Shown: one piece after another, positions 25,552 through 29,315 of the stretch
How the letters are laid out: each line of letters begins with the position of its first letter
Numbering within the stretch: position 1 is the first letter of the stretch
Made by a program: the position numbers and the translations under genes
Virus record (IMG/VR): IMGVR_UViG_3300043039_000142
Location: 1 to 29,315 of that record
DNA length: 29,315 bases
Direction: 5' to 3' (one strand)
From: a virus
Lineage: Duplodnaviria > Caudoviricetes
Notes under the pieces: generated by a model
What the model saw: the letters and a program-made list of their open reading frames with translations, nothing else
Databases searched by the model: none
What the model was told of the DNA's origin: nothing

Positions 25552-25743
25552 ATGATTTTAATTATAAATGGTTGGATGACTGAAACTACTAACTTTAAAC
25601 CATCAGAAAAAGATAATAAATATTATAATGTTGAAGTAAAACTTGTTGCATTGCCTTCTATGAAATTAAGATTTAATCACAAACAATTTTATAAAGAAAA
25701 TCCAGAATATATACAAGCATTACAAAAAATATATAAAAAATAA
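25552..25743 (+). CDS. Hypothetical protein (63 aa)
   Basis: Abuts the nadK stop; ORF track. Confidence 0.6.
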   Translation: MILIINGWMTETTNFKPSEKDNKYYNVEVKLVALPSMKLRFNHKQFYKENPEYIQALQKIYKK

Positions 25744-25754
25744 AAGGAAAAAAA

Positions 25755-26144
25755 ATGAGCGAAAAAATACCTACAGAACTACAAAATAAACTTTTAGGAT
25801 TAATTGAACAATTAGAAAAAGGAATTGATTTTGGAAAAGAACAAGCTCCAATATTAGTAGAACAATTATTAGGATATCAATTTTATGCTACAGCCATTAA
25901 CTTATTTATATCAATTTTATTTTGTATTGGTTCTATATTCTTAATAAAAAGATCAATAGATGTACTTACCTATAAAATAAAATCATTAAATGAACCAGCA
26001 TATTTTCCAATAATTATATTATCTTTAATAGTATTATTGTTTTCATTTTCAATTTCATTGGATAATATAAAAGATTTAATAAAAATTATAAATTATCCAA
26101 ATTTATTTGTAATGGATTATTTGAAAAATATAATTAGCAAATAA
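25755..26144 (+). CDS. Membrane protein (129 aa)
   Basis: AAGGA RBS; two TM segments; EQAP.LVEQLL motif. Confidence 0.75.
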   Translation: MSEKIPTELQNKLLGLIEQLEKGIDFGKEQAPILVEQLLGYQFYATAINLFISILFCIGSIFLIKRSIDVLTYKIKSLNEPAYFPIIILSLIVLLFSFSISLDNIKDLIKIINYPNLFVMDYLKNIISK

Positions 26145-26161
26145 ACACAAAGTGAAACAAA

Positions 26162-26719
26162 ATGAATAAAGAAATTAAATATGGATTATTCCTAGGAAGA
26201 TTTCAACCAATACATAACGGTCATGCTTCAATAATAGAACAAATTAAACTTGATGGATTAGAACCAATTATATTAATCGGATCAGCTCAAGAATTCGGAA
26301 CATATAAAAATAAATATCATGTACTAGATAGAAAAGAGATGATTTGGTTAATTTATCCAAAAATTAAAATAATTTGCCTGCATGATAATTCATCTTGGGA
26401 AGAATGGTTTTCAGATATGGACAAATCGTTAAAACTTGGGTTAGATGAAAACTGGAAAGAAAAATCAATTTTATACACACACAATAAAGAAGAAGATAGA
26501 CAAGATTTTGAATATAAAGGAATAAAATTTAAAAATGATTTTTATTCTCAATGCTTTGTGTACGAAGGTTTAAAAACAAAAAATCTTAAAACACATTTTT
26601 CTGATATTTACATTAGAGCCACGCAAGTGAGAAATAATTTAGAAGAGCATAAACATCATTTGCATCCGAAAGTTTATGAATTTATAAAAACAAAAGAAAT
26701 TGAAAATAGGAACAAATAA
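26162..26719 (+). CDS. NMN adenylyltransferase (NadM-like, HxGH nucleotidyltransferase)
   Basis: LGRFQPIHNGH, IGSAQ and IRATQVR motifs. Confidence 0.85.
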   Translation: MNKEIKYGLFLGRFQPIHNGHASIIEQIKLDGLEPIILIGSAQEFGTYKNKYHVLDRKEMIWLIYPKIKIICLHDNSSWEEWFSDMDKSLKLGLDENWKEKSILYTHNKEEDRQDFEYKGIKFKNDFYSQCFVYEGLKTKNLKTHFSDIYIRATQVRNNLEEHKHHLHPKVYEFIKTKEIENRNK

Positions 26720-26970
26720 TGAAATTATGTAAAATAAAATTAACAAATAAGGGAAAACGAAATATAGAAAATATATTTATATATTTATCTATGGTTTCTA
26801 TTGCAGTAATACTTTTTATTGCAGTAATCCATACCCTTGCATTTTTAATATATGGAACAACACTGCAATGGTACTATTATATTACAACTTTTATTATATA
26901 TATAATAATTATAATAAAAACAATAGAAAAAACATATGATTTTATAAAAGAATCATTTACTTGTAATTAA
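26719..26970 (+). CDS. Membrane protein (83 aa)
   Basis: TAATG coupling; two TM segments. Confidence 0.7.
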   Translation: MKLCKIKLTNKGKRNIENIFIYLSMVSIAVILFIAVIHTLAFLIYGTTLQWYYYITTFIIYIIIIIKTIEKTYDFIKESFTCN

Positions 26971-26979
26971 AGGAAAGAA

Positions 26980-27684
26980 ATGAAAATCGAAAAAGAATTT
27001 CCGAAAGGGATACATATAATTGGAGACGTACACGGATGTTATAAAACTCTTATTGCATTAGTGGAAAAACTAAGAAAAAAAGATGAAGAAATTCCAATAG
27101 TATTTTGTGGAGACTTGATAGACAGGGGACCGAAATCAAAAGAAGTAATTGATTTTGCAATAGATAACAATTTTTTATGTGTACTTGGAAATCATGAAGA
27201 CATGATGAAAAAAGAACTAAAAAGTCCTTTATTATCAATTTCAAATTGGTACCTGAACAATGGCGGAAAAGAAACTATCAAAAGTTATAATTCTCCAGAA
27301 GATGATGAAAAACTTAATGAGCATTTAGACTTTATATCTAAATTACCATATTATATTGAATTTCCAAATTTAAAAATTACAACAGATAAGGAAAGACATT
27401 TAGTTGTTTCACACTCATCTATAGCTAGATATTATGATTTAAGATATACTGAAGATCCATTTCAAATTATTTGGAACAGAGATATAGAGCATGGAACATT
27501 ACCAAGTAAAGAACCTATATATAATGTATTTGGACATACTGTCAAAAGCGAACCAGTTATTGAAAAACAATTTGCTGACATAGATACTGGTGCAGTATTC
27601 AAAGATTACAAATCATATGGAAATCTTACATCAATTCATTTTCCATCTCTGAAAATTACTAAACAGGAAAATATAGATGGATAA
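26980..27684 (+). CDS. Calcineurin-like metallophosphoesterase (lambda phosphatase/PrpA-like Ser/Thr phosphatase)
   Basis: GDVHG, GDLIDRG, LGNHE, FGHT and IDTG motifs. Confidence 0.9.
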   Translation: MKIEKEFPKGIHIIGDVHGCYKTLIALVEKLRKKDEEIPIVFCGDLIDRGPKSKEVIDFAIDNNFLCVLGNHEDMMKKELKSPLLSISNWYLNNGGKETIKSYNSPEDDEKLNEHLDFISKLPYYIEFPNLKITTDKERHLVVSHSSIARYYDLRYTEDPFQIIWNRDIEHGTLPSKEPIYNVFGHTVKSEPVIEKQFADIDTGAVFKDYKSYGNLTSIHFPSLKITKQENIDG

Positions 27685-27805
27685 AGAAAAAAATAAAAAA
27701 ATCATTATTCATGATGAATAATCAACAATTTTTGATTTTATAAAATAAAAAAAAGGAAAAATATGAATAAAGAAATGAGCGAACGCAGATAATTATGGCG
27801 GAAAT

Positions 27806-28852
27806 ATGGAAGTATCTTTTAGAGCAAAGCTTCCAACAGCTGATGAAAAATTAGAATATATGCATCAGGATGTTAAGAGCCAGAGAAAATTAGAAGGAAA
27901 TACATATTTAACTTTTGCAAAAGATATGGTTAATCTTACAACTGATCAATTTCTAGCACAAGATTTTATGCAAGGTGGAAAAGGTTCGTTTAAACAAAGA
28001 CTACAAGAGCAATCAGACCTTGGAATGAGAGTTACAAGAAGAGAAAAGGTTGAGATAGTTGGAGCTGTTGCAGACCAAACAACTGATGGAAACCGTTCAC
28101 AAGCTGCAACTGCAAAACAATTTGCATATAAAGTTGTTTCTCAATTAGATGACAAAGGTAATTTTTTAAGAAGACCTCATTCATTAGAAAAATATGGAAT
28201 CTCAATTACACAAGTTGACCTTGGGGAGTTTGTCCCAGCTCAAGATTTAGTTGGATATATTGATACAATCAAAAAAAGAGAAAAAGAATCAGCTGAAAGA
28301 ATTGCTGAACAAAAGATTGAAAGAGAAAGAGCAGTATCTGAGCAATTAAAAGGTGATAGAGAAAGAATTACAGCTAAAAACAAAGCTTTGATGGAAAAAG
28401 ACAGAGAAATTATTGAAGGTCAAAAACATGTTGAGCTTGCTCAAATAAAAGCAAAAAAAGAAATTGTTGATAGACAAAAAGTAGCAGACTTAGCAATAAT
28501 TGATAAAAAAAAAGATTTACAAGTTGCAACATCAGAGGAAGCAATTCAAAAAGCAAAAGAAAGAGCAGCAAAATTTGAAGCACAAGCAAAACTTCACAAT
28601 GGTTTGGCAGACGCTCAAATTATTAAAGCAAAATATCATGCATATGATAAGCAACTTTATACAATGGAATTGCAAAGGGATACTATGCTTGGAGTAACTT
28701 CTAACTTACAAGGTATTCAAATAACAATGCCAAATGTAAACATTCAAGGGAACAACGGTAAGCCAATGAATTCTATTGATACAGTTTTACAAGCAATAGG
28801 TGTTCAAAAGCTTGATGATATTGCAAAGTTGAGTGAAAAAAAAAAAAAATAA
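27806..28852 (+). CDS. SPFH/Band 7 domain coiled-coil protein, apparently 5'-truncated
   Basis: In-frame ADNYGGN precedes MEVSFR; LEKYGISITQV and an Ala/Glu/Lys-rich coiled coil follow. No N-terminal TM; the RBS-linked start at 27763 is out of frame. Confidence 0.65.
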   Translation: MEVSFRAKLPTADEKLEYMHQDVKSQRKLEGNTYLTFAKDMVNLTTDQFLAQDFMQGGKGSFKQRLQEQSDLGMRVTRREKVEIVGAVADQTTDGNRSQAATAKQFAYKVVSQLDDKGNFLRRPHSLEKYGISITQVDLGEFVPAQDLVGYIDTIKKREKESAERIAEQKIERERAVSEQLKGDRERITAKNKALMEKDREIIEGQKHVELAQIKAKKEIVDRQKVADLAIIDKKKDLQVATSEEAIQKAKERAAKFEAQAKLHNGLADAQIIKAKYHAYDKQLYTMELQRDTMLGVTSNLQGIQITMPNVNIQGNNGKPMNSIDTVLQAIGVQKLDDIAKLSEKKKK

Positions 28853-28867
28853 AAAAGGATATAAAAA

Positions 28868-29011
28868 ATGCCAAAAACAATTTTTATAGAAAAAGATATT
28901 ATTGGTAAAGATATTATCAATATCTGTATAGGTGCAATTGCAATTTCTGCAATTATTGGTGCTGGATTAGGAATAATGGAAGTTCTATCATTCTTATTCA
29001 TTAAACAATAA
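28868..29011 (+). CDS. Small membrane peptide (47 aa; not in ORF track)
   Basis: AAGGA RBS; MPKTIFIEKDIIGKDIINICIGAIAISAIIGAGLGIMEVLSFLFIKQ. Confidence 0.6.
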   Translation: MPKTIFIEKDIIGKDIINICIGAIAISAIIGAGLGIMEVLSFLFIKQ

Positions 29012-29038
29012 AAAAATAAAAATAAAAAAAGGAAAAAA

Positions 29039-29315
29039 ATGCCAACTCAATTACACGAATTGCTAGCTGTTGAAAAAAGCTTAGCTGAAACAGCAACAAA
29101 TATAACAAGAGAAACAACAAAAACATTAGCAACAAAAGAAACACTATTCTCTGGAATGGTTAAATCAAATCAAATTTTTGCAGAAGACAAACAACATTTA
29201 ACTGCTGCAACAGAGCACAAAGAAGTCCAATCAACTGTTTATGAACAACTTGATTTTTTAAAATTAAATGTAGGTAGATATTGGGACTTAATAATCCAAA
29301 AAGAAGAAGCAAATC
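29039..29315 (+). CDS. Partial hypothetical phage protein (MPTQLHELLAVEKSL...)
   Basis: AAGGA RBS; frame open to the window end. Confidence 0.75.
   Translation, partial: MPTQLHELLAVEKSLAETATNITRETTKTLATKETLFSGMVKSNQIFAEDKQHLTAATEHKEVQSTVYEQLDFLKLNVGRYWDLIIQKEEAN

Noticed and set aside
710-28697. Short antisense or alternate-frame ORFs (e.g. 710-955, 2246-2431, 3552-3755, 4111-4323, 9057-9242, 13530-13736, 22088-22288, 28500-28697)
   Set aside because: They are shadows of better-supported genes and lack RBS or motifs.

Overview
AT-rich phage DNA, most consistent with an N4-like (Schitoviridae-type) phage. AAGGA ribosome-binding sites and TTAAG...TATAAT promoters suggest a Campylobacterota host (inference). 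The window appears to cross the genome end/start junction. Minus strand 1-7655 carries a probable late block: N4 gp68-like large terminase, gp69-like protein, a ribbon-helix-helix (RHH) gene, an array of 8 tRNA or tRNA-like genes containing an HNH-like nuclease, and a ParB-like gene. A hairpin-rich divergent gap follows (7700-8150). The plus strand carries small early genes, a 676-aa single-polypeptide T7/N4-RNAPII-family RNA polymerase, and an accessory block: HNH, HD hydrolase, Nudix, nadV remnant, NAD kinase, NMN adenylyltransferase, metallophosphatase and a 5'-truncated SPFH gene. Three notable features are missing from the ORF track. (1) A 28-codon leader peptide with mutually exclusive antiterminator/terminator hairpins heads the tRNA array, the layout of a translation-sensing attenuator. 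(2) A 42-aa ArfA/BrfA-like gene has its stop codon inside the 5' end of tRNA-Trp, so RNase P processing would make it a nonstop mRNA. (3) A ~1.45-kb gene-free region has extensive local and long-range pairing and is a candidate very large structured ncRNA. Family assignments come from motif recognition by eye; no searches or folding programs were run.
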